DNA from: an uncultured Acidobacteriota bacterium
Lineage (GTDB): Bacteria > Acidobacteriota > Thermoanaerobaculia > Multivoradales > UBA5704
Direction of reading: 5' to 3'
Assembly (NCBI GenBank): GCA_963755825.1
Contig: CAVWLA010000003.1
Coordinates: forward strand, 1,748,240-1,812,239
DNA: 64,000 nucleotides
In this document: positions 17,273 through 27,142 of the stretch, piece after piece
Layout: each line of letters opens with the position of its first letter
Position numbering within the stretch: position 1 is the stretch's first letter
Notes under the pieces: generated by a model
What the model was told of the DNA's origin: nothing
Databases searched by the model: none
What the model saw: only the letters and a program-made list of their open reading frames with translations
Position numbers and translations under genes: made by a program

Positions 17273-19792
17273 ATGGAACACGAACTCCTCCTCGACACCC
17301 CCCCGCCGCCGGCCTCCGCCGTCGTCTCCGCCGCCTCCGCGGCCGCGCTCGAGCTGCCGAGCTTCCTCGCCGTCCTCGCGCGCCTGGCGGCGACGGACCT
17401 CGGGCGCGACCGCGCCCTGGCACTGGTCCCCGCGGCGGACGACGAGGAGCTCCGCCGGCGGCGGCGGCGGTTCGAGGAGGCGAGCCGCGTCACCGGAGGC
17501 TCCGGCGGGCCGGGGCTCGTCCCCGACTTCGAGGTGCCGATCGGCTCCCTCCTCTCCGGCATCGCGACCGGCCGGCCGCCGGTCGAGGGGAGCGACCTCG
17601 TCCACCTCGCCGACCTCATCAAGGCGAGCCGCGCCGCCGCCCTCCGCATCGCCGCCGTCGACCCGGCCGCCCGCGAGCTCGCCGGCCTCGCCGCCGCCCT
17701 CCCCGACCTGGGCGACCTGCAGCGGCGGATCGACCGCACCCTCGACCGCCGCGGCGAGGTGCGCGAGGACGCCAGCCCCCTCCTCGCCAGCCTCCGCGGC
17801 CAGATCCGCCGCGTCCGCGATCAGCTCTACCGCGAGCTCGGCGACTTCGTCTCCGGCCACAAGGACGAGCTCTCCGAGGAGACCATCCCGATGCGCGGCG
17901 GCCGGCTCGTCCTGGTGCTCCAGGCCGGCGCCCGCGGCCGGAGCAGCGGCCTCGTCCACGGCCGCTCGGCGACCGGCAAGAGCTTCTACTTCGAGCCGCT
18001 GGGCGTCGTCGAGTCGAACAACAACCTGCAGCAGTCGGTCGAGGACGAGGAGGCCGAGCGGCGGCGCATCCTCGCCGAGCTGATCGACCTCGCCCACCGC
18101 GCGCTCGCCGACCTCGAGGTCCACGCCGCCTTCCTCGGCGAGCTCGACCTGCTGCAGACGGCGGCCCGCTTCGCCGAGCTCTCCGGCGGCCGCCTCGCCG
18201 AGACCTCGCCGCGCGGCGAGCTGCGGCTCCGCGCGGCGCGCCACCCGCTCCTCGACGGGCGGCTGGCGGAGCTCCGCGAGGCGGCGCTCGGCCACGCCGG
18301 GCACGCCGGCGACATCGTGCCGCTCGACCTCGACTTCACGCCCGACCGCCGCATCCTGGTGGTCACCGGCCCCAACGCCGGCGGCAAGACGGTGGCGTTG
18401 AAGACGGCCGGCCTCCTGGCGCTCATCGCCCAGTGCGGCCTGCCGATCCCCGCCGCCGCCGGCAGCCGCGTGCCCTGCCTCTCCCGGCTGGTGGCGACAG
18501 TCGGCGACGAGCAGGATCTCCTCGCCGACCGCTCGACCTTCAGCGGCCGGCTGCTCCGCCTGAAGGAGGCCTGGGAGGCGGCGGGACCGGACAGCCTGGT
18601 GCTCCTCGATGAGCTGGGCTCGGGGACCGATCCGGAGGAGGGCGCGGCGCTCGCCGTGGCGCTTCTGGAGGGGCTCCTCGAGCGCGGCGCCCTGGGCGTC
18701 ATCACCACCCACCTCTCCCAGCTCGCCGCCGCCGCCATCGAGCTCTCGGGAGCGACCTGCGCGGCGATGGAGTTCGTCCCCGAGACCGGCCGCCCCACCT
18801 TCCGCCTGGTGCCCGGACCGCCCGGCGGCAGCGAGGCGCTCGCCCTCGGCCGCCGGCTCGGCCTCCCCGCCGAATGGCTCGACCGCGCCGAGGCGCGGCT
18901 GGGGACCGAGCACCGCGACCTCCGCCGGCTCCTCGCCGAGGTCGACCGCGTGCGCACCGAGCTCGGCGAGGCCCGCGACCGCCTGGAGGTCGAGGCGGCC
19001 GACGCCGAGAAGCTCCGCCGCCGGCTCGCCGACGAGCGCGCGGCGCTCGAGGAGGAGCGCAAGGCCGTCGGCCGCCGCTTGAAGGGCGAGGTCGACGCCT
19101 TCCGCCGCGAGGTGCGCGATCAGCTGCGGGCCGAGGTCGAGCGCCTGCGCGAGGAGGTCGCCGGCGGCCGCCGCCGCGGCCTCGAGGCGGCGGCGGTCGA
19201 CCGCCTCTTCGCCACCGCCCCCGAGCTCCCCGACGAGGCGCCGGCGGCCACCGGCGGCAGGCTCGCCGTGGGGTCGCCGGCACGCCACGCCCTCCTCGGC
19301 TGGCAGGGCATCGTCGAGAAGCTCGAGCCCGGCCGCGCCGAGGTCTCGGTCAAGGGCAAGCGCCTGCGCTGCCGCCCCGAGGAGCTGGTCCCGATCGCCG
19401 CCGACGCCGGCACTCCTCCCGCGGGCGAGAACCGCGCCGAGCGCCGCGCCGAGGCGTCGACGCGGCGGAGCCGCGGACCCCTCGCCGAGGAGGTCGCCGC
19501 CCGCGATCCGCGCGGCGCGGCGGGCGAGGGCTTCGGCGCCGAGGCCAAGGTCGAGATCAACCTCATCGGCCGCCGCGTCGAGCCGGCGCTCGAGGAGCTC
19601 GACGCCTATCTCGACCAGGCCCTCCTCTCCTCGCGCCGCGAGGTGCGGGTGATCCACGGCCACGGCACCGGCCGCCTGCGCGACGCCGTCCGCGAGCACC
19701 TCCGCGGCCACTCCGGCGTCGCCGGCATCCGCGCCGGCGAAGCGAACGAAGGCGGCAACGGGGCGACCGTCGTCACCCTGCGCGGGGCTTGA
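17273..19792 (+). CDS. mutS2: endonuclease MutS2 (MutS domain V ATPase plus C-terminal Smr domain)
   Basis: Walker A VVTGPNAGGKTV. MutS signature STFSGRL and DELGSGTDPEEG. C-terminal Smr block VRVIHGHGTGRLRDAVREHL. The start is taken at ATG 17273 (MEHELL) and has no obvious Shine-Dalgarno sequence. Confidence 0.88.
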   Translation: MEHELLLDTPPPPASAVVSAASAAALELPSFLAVLARLAATDLGRDRALALVPAADDEELRRRRRRFEEASRVTGGSGGPGLVPDFEVPIGSLLSGIATGRPPVEGSDLVHLADLIKASRAAALRIAAVDPAARELAGLAAALPDLGDLQRRIDRTLDRRGEVREDASPLLASLRGQIRRVRDQLYRELGDFVSGHKDELSEETIPMRGGRLVLVLQAGARGRSSGLVHGRSATGKSFYFEPLGVVESNNNLQQSVEDEEAERRRILAELIDLAHRALADLEVHAAFLGELDLLQTAARFAELSGGRLAETSPRGELRLRAARHPLLDGRLAELREAALGHAGHAGDIVPLDLDFTPDRRILVVTGPNAGGKTVALKTAGLLALIAQCGLPIPAAAGSRVPCLSRLVATVGDEQDLLADRSTFSGRLLRLKEAWEAAGPDSLVLLDELGSGTDPEEGAALAVALLEGLLERGALGVITTHLSQLAAAAIELSGATCAAMEFVPETGRPTFRLVPGPPGGSEALALGRRLGLPAEWLDRAEARLGTEHRDLRRLLAEVDRVRTELGEARDRLEVEAADAEKLRRRLADERAALEEERKAVGRRLKGEVDAFRREVRDQLRAEVERLREEVAGGRRRGLEAAAVDRLFATAPELPDEAPAATGGRLAVGSPARHALLGWQGIVEKLEPGRAEVSVKGKRLRCRPEELVPIAADAGTPPAGENRAERRAEASTRRSRGPLAEEVAARDPRGAAGEGFGAEAKVEINLIGRRVEPALEELDAYLDQALLSSRREVRVIHGHGTGRLRDAVREHLRGHSGVAGIRAGEANEGGNGATVVTLRGA

Positions 19793-19898
19793 TGGTGTCT
19801 GAGCGAGAGCGCGTAGACCGCGGGAGACGTGAATCGGGCGCAACCTCGGCCGCGCACCGTATGAAGGGGAGGAGCGCCGCGGAGCCGGCTGGAGACCG

Positions 19899-21743
19899 AT
19901 GGCCCTAGGCAACACCAACTTGACGCCGCAGCTGGTGCAGGCGGTGCGCGACGCGGCGGACATCCTCGCCATCGCCGGCGAGCACACCCGCCTGCGCAAG
20001 GCCGGCCGCCGCTACCAGGGCCTCTGCCCGCTGCACAAGGAGAAGAGCCCGTCGTTCAGCGTCGATCCCGTCCAGGGCCTCTTCTACTGCTTCGGCTGCG
20101 GCCAGGGGGGCGACGCCATCAAGCTCCACATGCTGACCACCGGCGACGACTTCCCGGCCGCCATCGAGTCGCTCGCCGGCCGCTTCGGCATCCCGCTGCC
20201 GCGGCGCGACCGCGGCACCGCCCCGCGTGGGCGCGAGGAGCGCGACATCGGCGGCGCCCTCGCCGTCGCGGCGCGCTACTTCACCGAGCAGCTCACGCGC
20301 TCCGCCTTCGCCCGCGACTACCTCGCCAAGCGCGCCATCCCGCCCGAGCTCGTCGAGCGGTTCGGCCTCGGCTATGCGCCCGACTCCTGGGACGGCCTGC
20401 GCAAGGCGCTGACCGGCAAGGTGCCGCTCGCCGACCTCGAGGCCGCCGGCCTCACCGGCCGCTCCGAGCGCACCGGCGACCCCTTCGACCGCTTCCGCCA
20501 CCGGCTGATGTTCCCCATCCACAACCAGGCCGGGCGCCTGGTCGGCTTCGGCGGCCGCACCCTGGGCGACGACCGCGCCAAGTACGTCAACACCGCCGAG
20601 ACCGACCAGTTCCACAAGGGGAACCTGCTCTACGGCCTCCACCTCGCCAAGCGCGACATCCGCGAGACCGGCCGGGCGGTGCTCGTCGAGGGCTACTTCG
20701 ACGTCATCGGCGCCGTCGCCGCCGGCGTCGACGGGGCGGTCGCCAGCATGGGGACGGCGCTCACCCCGGAGCAGGCGCGGCTGCTCTCCCGCTATGCCGA
20801 GACGGTGGTCGTCGGCTACGACGGCGACGGCGCCGGCGAGGGCGCCTTCCGCCGCGCCCTGCCGCTCCTCCTCGCCGAGAAGCTCGCCGTGCGGCGCGCC
20901 CGCTTCGGCGACGGGCACGACCCCGACTCGCTCCGCCTCGCCCAAGGGCCGGAGGCGGTCGCCGCCGCCGTCGCCGAGGCGCCGGACGGCATCCTCCTCG
21001 AGATGGAGCGCCTGATCCCCAAGGACGCCGGCCGCGACCCCCACCAGACCGCCATCGCCGGGGCGGCCGTCCGCCAGCTCGTCGGGGTGGTGACCGATCC
21101 GGTCGCCCGCCACAATTACCTGCGGCGGGCGGCGGAGCGGCTGGGGATCGCCGAGAAGGTCTTCTTCGCGCAGCTCGAGCATCGGCCGGCGGGCCGCCCG
21201 GCGCCGGCCGCCCCCCGCCAGGAGGGGCTGCCGCGCGAGGCGGGCGTCGTCCGCAGCCACGAGGACCGGGTGCTGGCGCGGCTCTTCTCGGGCGGCGACG
21301 TGCCGGCGCGCGGGGACCTGCCGGTGGCCGAGGTCTTCCTCGACCCGCAATGCAGGAATATTTACCAGGTCTACTGCACTCTATATGGGGACGCGGGGAG
21401 CGGCGGATCGCCGCCCGACGCGCGCGCGGTGCTCTCTCAGCTCGGCTCAAACGGGGATTCGATTGACCGGATGGCCCAGATTCTGGTAGAAGCGCCTGCT
21501 GATTCCAGGGAGCCGGAGTCGCCCGATACAGCTCAAAAAGAGCCGGGTTTGACCGCGCTCCTGGCCGAGCTCACCCACCGCTTCGAGCAACAGCGGCTGA
21601 GAGAGCTGGTGAGCGAGATCAGCGAAGCGCAGCGCCAGGGCGGGGACGGTGCGCTCCTCGCACGCCTCTACGACGAAAAGAGACGCTTGAGCCTGAGCCT
21701 CAAAGCGACGGCGAAGACGGGCTCCGGCAAGGGAGCCGCTTGA
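19899..21743 (+). CDS. dnaG: DNA primase
   Basis: CHC2 zinc finger CPLHKEKSPSFSVDPVQGLFYCFGCGQGGD. TOPRIM domain VLVEGYFDV ... GYDGDGAG. Confidence 0.95.
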   Translation: MALGNTNLTPQLVQAVRDAADILAIAGEHTRLRKAGRRYQGLCPLHKEKSPSFSVDPVQGLFYCFGCGQGGDAIKLHMLTTGDDFPAAIESLAGRFGIPLPRRDRGTAPRGREERDIGGALAVAARYFTEQLTRSAFARDYLAKRAIPPELVERFGLGYAPDSWDGLRKALTGKVPLADLEAAGLTGRSERTGDPFDRFRHRLMFPIHNQAGRLVGFGGRTLGDDRAKYVNTAETDQFHKGNLLYGLHLAKRDIRETGRAVLVEGYFDVIGAVAAGVDGAVASMGTALTPEQARLLSRYAETVVVGYDGDGAGEGAFRRALPLLLAEKLAVRRARFGDGHDPDSLRLAQGPEAVAAAVAEAPDGILLEMERLIPKDAGRDPHQTAIAGAAVRQLVGVVTDPVARHNYLRRAAERLGIAEKVFFAQLEHRPAGRPAPAAPRQEGLPREAGVVRSHEDRVLARLFSGGDVPARGDLPVAEVFLDPQCRNIYQVYCTLYGDAGSGGSPPDARAVLSQLGSNGDSIDRMAQILVEAPADSREPESPDTAQKEPGLTALLAELTHRFEQQRLRELVSEISEAQRQGGDGALLARLYDEKRRLSLSLKATAKTGSGKGAA

Positions 21744-21805
21744 CGCGCGGCTGATCGCCTCTCGTCGGCTTCCGCTCGGAGGCGAGCAAACACTAGGAGG
21801 TCCCA

Positions 21806-23515
<1,710 letters not shown>

Positions 23516-23546
23516 GCGGTCCTCCGCCCGAGCCTCCCCCGACCCC

Positions 23547-23578
23547 GAGCGGCGGCCCCCCGGGCCGCCGCTCGTTTC
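23547..23578 (+). terminator. rho-independent terminator after rpoD
   Basis: 12-bp GC stem GAGCGGCGGCCC / GGGCCGCCGCTC (23547-23573) with a 3-nt loop, followed by GTTTC. The T tract is weak. Confidence 0.6.
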
Positions 23579-23595
23579 AGTCCCGGCCCATCCAA

Positions 23596-23625
23596 TTGAC
23601 AACGCCCGCGCCGGGTGCCTAAGAT
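23596..23625 (+). promoter_or_regulatory. sigma-70-type promoter for tRNA-Asn
   Basis: TTGACA (23596-23601), 18-nt spacer, TAAGAT (23620-23625). Lies about 38 nt upstream of the tRNA 5' end. Confidence 0.6.
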
Positions 23626-23663
23626 CCGCCTTCCGGGCGCACTTGTCGGAGCGCCTCCTAGAT

Positions 23664-23738
23664 TCCTCGGTAGCTCAATGGTAGAGCGTTCGGCTGTTAA
23701 CCGAAATGTTGGGGGTTCGAGTCCCTCCCGAGGAGCCA
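23664..23738 (+). tRNA. tRNA-Asn (anticodon GTT), CCA encoded
   Basis: Manual cloverleaf: acceptor TCCTCGG/CCGAGGA, D stem GCTC/GAGC, anticodon stem TTCGG/CCGAA with loop CTGTTAA, T arm GGGGG-TTCGAGT-CCCTC, discriminator G, then CCA. Confidence 0.9.
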
Positions 23739-23911
23739 GCTCCCCGCATTCTCCGCCTCACGCTCCCCTCACGTAGGCCCCAGGCAGCCGCCTCGCCGGC
23801 TTCTCTCGGCGATCTCGGGGCGAAGGAAAATCATCCCGCGGCCAACGATCTCACCCCGCCGGTCGCCTGGCTCGCATTCCGCTAAAATCCTCCGTCCAGG
23901 AGGTCCCTCTC

Positions 23912-25801
23912 ATGAACGCATCCGCAGAGCCGTCGCGCCGGCTGCTCCCTCACCGTGCGGTCTCCGTCTCTCGTGCCCTCGTCGCACTGGCTCTCGGGCT
24001 CTCGCTCACCGGAGTCGGCCAGGCCGCCTGGGCCGCTCCCGCGGCGGGAACCGCTGCCGAATCCGCCGGCGACCTCGCCGCGGCCCGCCAGCTCTTCGAG
24101 CGCAATCTGCAGGCGATCCGCGACAAGGACAAGGCGGCCTACCTCGCCTGCTATCTCGAGTCGCCGGGATTGGCGCGCACCGGCTCGACCGGCTTCGAGC
24201 TCGGCTACGAAGGGCTCGCGAAGTCCGCCGGGGAGGGGTGGCCGGACCACTTCGGCGCCGAGGACCTACGCCTGACGCCGATCGCGCCGGGCGTCGTCTA
24301 CGGCACCTATCGCTACCGCGTCCGCTACGGCGCGAGCGAGGAGGAGGGGCTCTCCGAGCGCGTCTTCCTGCACACCCCAGCGGGTTGGCGGATCGCCGTC
24401 TCCACCGCCTTCCGCAACCAGCCCGGCGTGCCGCCGGCGCCCCGCGCCCTGGTCGGCGCGACGCTCGTCGACGGCACCGGCAGGCCGCCGATCCGCGACT
24501 CGGCCGTGCTGCTCCGCGACGGCCGCATCGAGTGCGCCGGCGCCCGCGCCGACTGCCCGGTGCCGGCGGGCGTCGAGGTGACCGACCTCGCGGGCCGCTT
24601 CATCACCCCCGGTCTGGTCGACGCCCACGTCCACTTCTCGCAGACCGGCTGGGCCGACGGCCGGCCCGACGCCCTCGACCTGCGCGCCCGCTACCCCTAC
24701 GAGAAGACCGAGGACGACCTGCGCCACCATCCCGAGCGCTTCGGGCACACCGATCTCTGCAGCGGGGTGACCGCGGTCTTCGACGTCGGCGGCTACCCCT
24801 GGACGCTCGAGCTGCCGCGCCGCTTCGAGCCGGACACCACGCTCCCGCACGTGGCGGCGGCCGGGCCGCTGCTGTCGACGGTCGACCACTGGCTGAACCT
24901 CCCCGCCGAGCGGCAGTTCATCTTCCTCAAGGACGAAGCCGCCGCCCGCGACGGCGTCGACTACCTCGCGGCGAGCGGCGCGCAGGCGATCAAGGTCTGG
25001 TTCATCGGCAGCCGGGAGAAGGTCCCCGCGCTCGCCCCCCTCGTCGCCGCCGGCGGCGCGGAGGCGAAGCGGCTCGGCCTCCCCTTGATCGCCCACGCGA
25101 CCACCCTCGCCACCGCCAAGGCGGCGCTCCGGGCGGGAGCCAAGGTCCTCGTCCATAGCGTCTGGGACATGCCTATCGACGGCGAGTTCCTCGAGCTCGT
25201 GAAGGCGAACGGCGCGAGCTACGTGCCGACCCTGACCGTGCCCGCCGGCTACGTGCGGATGTTCGACGCGGCCGCCGCCGGCAAGGCGCCGGCGATCGAC
25301 GATCCCAACGGCTGCGTCGATCCGCTGACGCGGGCGAAGCTCGCGGCGACCGCCGAGGCCCGCACCGACAAGGTCGCCGCCGCGAAGATCGCCAAGCGGC
25401 CCCCGGCATCCCCCGAGCCGGACCACACCGGCGACGCGAACCTGAAGCGCGTGCGCGACGCCGGCATCACCATCGCCATGGGCACCGACGCCGGCAACCC
25501 GCTCACCCTCCACGGCCCCGGCGTCTACGCCGAGATGGAGGCGATGCAGGCGGCGGGGATGACGCCGCTCGAGGTGATCGTCGCCTCGACCCGGAACGGC
25601 GCCCATGTGATGGGCCGCGAGAAGGATTTCGGCACCGTCGAGAAGGGGAAGCTGGCCGACCTCCTGATCGTCGGCGCCGACCCCACCGCCGACGTCGCCA
25701 ACCTGCGCCAGGTGAAGGCCGTCGTGCGCGGTGGCGTGCTGCGCTCGATCGACGAGCTCCGCGCGCTGGCGACGGTCGAGGAGAAGCCGACCGCGCAGTA
25801 G
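23912..25801 (+). CDS. secreted amidohydrolase family protein with N-terminal NTF2-like (DUF4440/SnoaL-like) domain
   Basis: AGGAGG ribosome-binding site. Signal peptide. The N-terminal ~150 aa are NTF2-like. The metal-dependent hydrolase core then carries GLVDAHVHF and the later IAHA and GTDAG motifs. Confidence 0.85.
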   Translation: MNASAEPSRRLLPHRAVSVSRALVALALGLSLTGVGQAAWAAPAAGTAAESAGDLAAARQLFERNLQAIRDKDKAAYLACYLESPGLARTGSTGFELGYEGLAKSAGEGWPDHFGAEDLRLTPIAPGVVYGTYRYRVRYGASEEEGLSERVFLHTPAGWRIAVSTAFRNQPGVPPAPRALVGATLVDGTGRPPIRDSAVLLRDGRIECAGARADCPVPAGVEVTDLAGRFITPGLVDAHVHFSQTGWADGRPDALDLRARYPYEKTEDDLRHHPERFGHTDLCSGVTAVFDVGGYPWTLELPRRFEPDTTLPHVAAAGPLLSTVDHWLNLPAERQFIFLKDEAAARDGVDYLAASGAQAIKVWFIGSREKVPALAPLVAAGGAEAKRLGLPLIAHATTLATAKAALRAGAKVLVHSVWDMPIDGEFLELVKANGASYVPTLTVPAGYVRMFDAAAAGKAPAIDDPNGCVDPLTRAKLAATAEARTDKVAAAKIAKRPPASPEPDHTGDANLKRVRDAGITIAMGTDAGNPLTLHGPGVYAEMEAMQAAGMTPLEVIVASTRNGAHVMGREKDFGTVEKGKLADLLIVGADPTADVANLRQVKAVVRGGVLRSIDELRALATVEEKPTAQ

Positions 25802-25869
25802 CTGTAGCGGCGAGCCGCTCGCCCGAGCCCGCGCGGAATCCTCTCCGGCCGGCGGCGGTTTGTACTTCC

Positions 25870-27021
25870 ATGGACGCCGAGATCGAGCGCGGCGCGAGCG
25901 TCGTCCCGACGCGCTATTGGCATGCGCTGGACGATGGCCGCGTGCAGTGCGACCTCTGCCCGCGCTTCTGCAAGCTGCGCGAGGGGCAGCGCGGCCTCTG
26001 CTTCGTGCGCGCGCGGCTGGATGACGAGATCGTCCTCGCCACCTACGGCCGCTCCTCCGGCTTCTGCATCGACCCCATCGAAAAGAAGCCGCTCGACCAC
26101 TTCCTCCCCGGCACGCCGGTGCTCTCGTTCGGCACCGCTGGCTGCAACCTCGCCTGCAAGTTCTGCCAGAACTGGGACATCAGCAAGTCGCGGCAGACCG
26201 ACACCCTGGCCGACCAGGCGTCTCCCGAGCGGATCGCCGCCGCCGCGGCGCGCCTCGGCTGCCGGAGCGTCGCCTTCACCTACAACGACCCGGTGATCTT
26301 CCTCGAGTACGCGGTCGATGTCGCCGACGCCTGCCACGCGGCGGGCGTCAAGACCGTCGCCGTCACCGCCGGCGAGATCTGCCCCGAGCCGCGACGCGAC
26401 TTCTACCGCTCGATCGACGCCGCGAACGTCGACCTCAAGGGCTTCACCGACCGCTTCTACCGGAACGTCTGCGGCGGCGACCTGACGACGGTCAAGGAGA
26501 CGCTCGAGTACCTGAAGCACGAGACCGCCGTCTGGCTCGAGATCACGACGCTGCTGATCCCCGGGGAGAACGACTCCGACGCCGATCTCGACGCCATGAC
26601 GCGCTGGATCGGCGAGCGCCTGGGCCCCGACGTCCCCCTCCACTTCACCGCCTTCCATCCCGACTACAAGATGCTGGACCTGCCGAGCACGCCGCCCGCC
26701 ACCCTCACCCGCGCCCGCCGCATCGCCCGCGCCAATGGCCTCCGCTACGTCTACACCGGCAACGTCCGCGACCGCGAAGGCAACACCACCACCTGCCACG
26801 CCTGCGGCGAGACGCTGATCGGCCGCGACGGCTACGAGCTGACGCGCTGGAACCTGACACCGGAAGGAACCTGCCCCGCTTGCGCCACCCACTGCGCCGG
26901 TCGCTTCGAGGCGGTGCCGGGAAACTGGGGAGCCCGGCGGCAGCCAGTGCGCCTCGCCGACGAAGGCGACCCGGCCTTCACCCGCTCGCACCTCTTCGGC
27001 CGGCTGCCGGCGCTCCCCTGA
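25870..27021 (+). CDS. AmmeMemoRadiSam system radical SAM enzyme (PflA-like activase family)
   Basis: N-terminal CDLCPRFCKLREGQRGLCFVR. Radical SAM CxxxCxxC in GCNLACKFCQNWDIS. C-terminal Cys pairs CHACGE...CPAC. The overall pattern matches the AmmeMemoRadiSam-type family as I recall it. Confidence 0.8.
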   Translation: MDAEIERGASVVPTRYWHALDDGRVQCDLCPRFCKLREGQRGLCFVRARLDDEIVLATYGRSSGFCIDPIEKKPLDHFLPGTPVLSFGTAGCNLACKFCQNWDISKSRQTDTLADQASPERIAAAAARLGCRSVAFTYNDPVIFLEYAVDVADACHAAGVKTVAVTAGEICPEPRRDFYRSIDAANVDLKGFTDRFYRNVCGGDLTTVKETLEYLKHETAVWLEITTLLIPGENDSDADLDAMTRWIGERLGPDVPLHFTAFHPDYKMLDLPSTPPATLTRARRIARANGLRYVYTGNVRDREGNTTTCHACGETLIGRDGYELTRWNLTPEGTCPACATHCAGRFEAVPGNWGARRQPVRLADEGDPAFTRSHLFGRLPALP

Positions 27022-27030
27022 GACCAGGCA

Positions 27031-27142
27031 GCCAGCCGCCGGCGCACGCCTCGTAGCGCGCGATGTAGTCCTCCGGCAAGATGCCGGCGATGAGTTCGCC
27101 GAGGGCTTCGAAGGGGAGGTCTTCGAGCTTCTCGAAGCGGAC
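27031..27142 (-). pseudogene. truncated duplicate of the 3' end of the DUF1801 gene
   Basis: Encodes VRFEKLEDLPFEALGELIAGILPEDYIARYEA. The intact gene has VRFKKLEDLPLEALGELIAGISPEDYIERYEAVRRR. It has no 5' part, and an indel removes the native stop. Confidence 0.75.
27048..27142. repeat. left copy of the 95-nt direct repeat bracketing the low-GC islet
   Basis: Manual alignment with 28512-28606 gives 88 of 95 identical bases. Confidence 0.8.
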
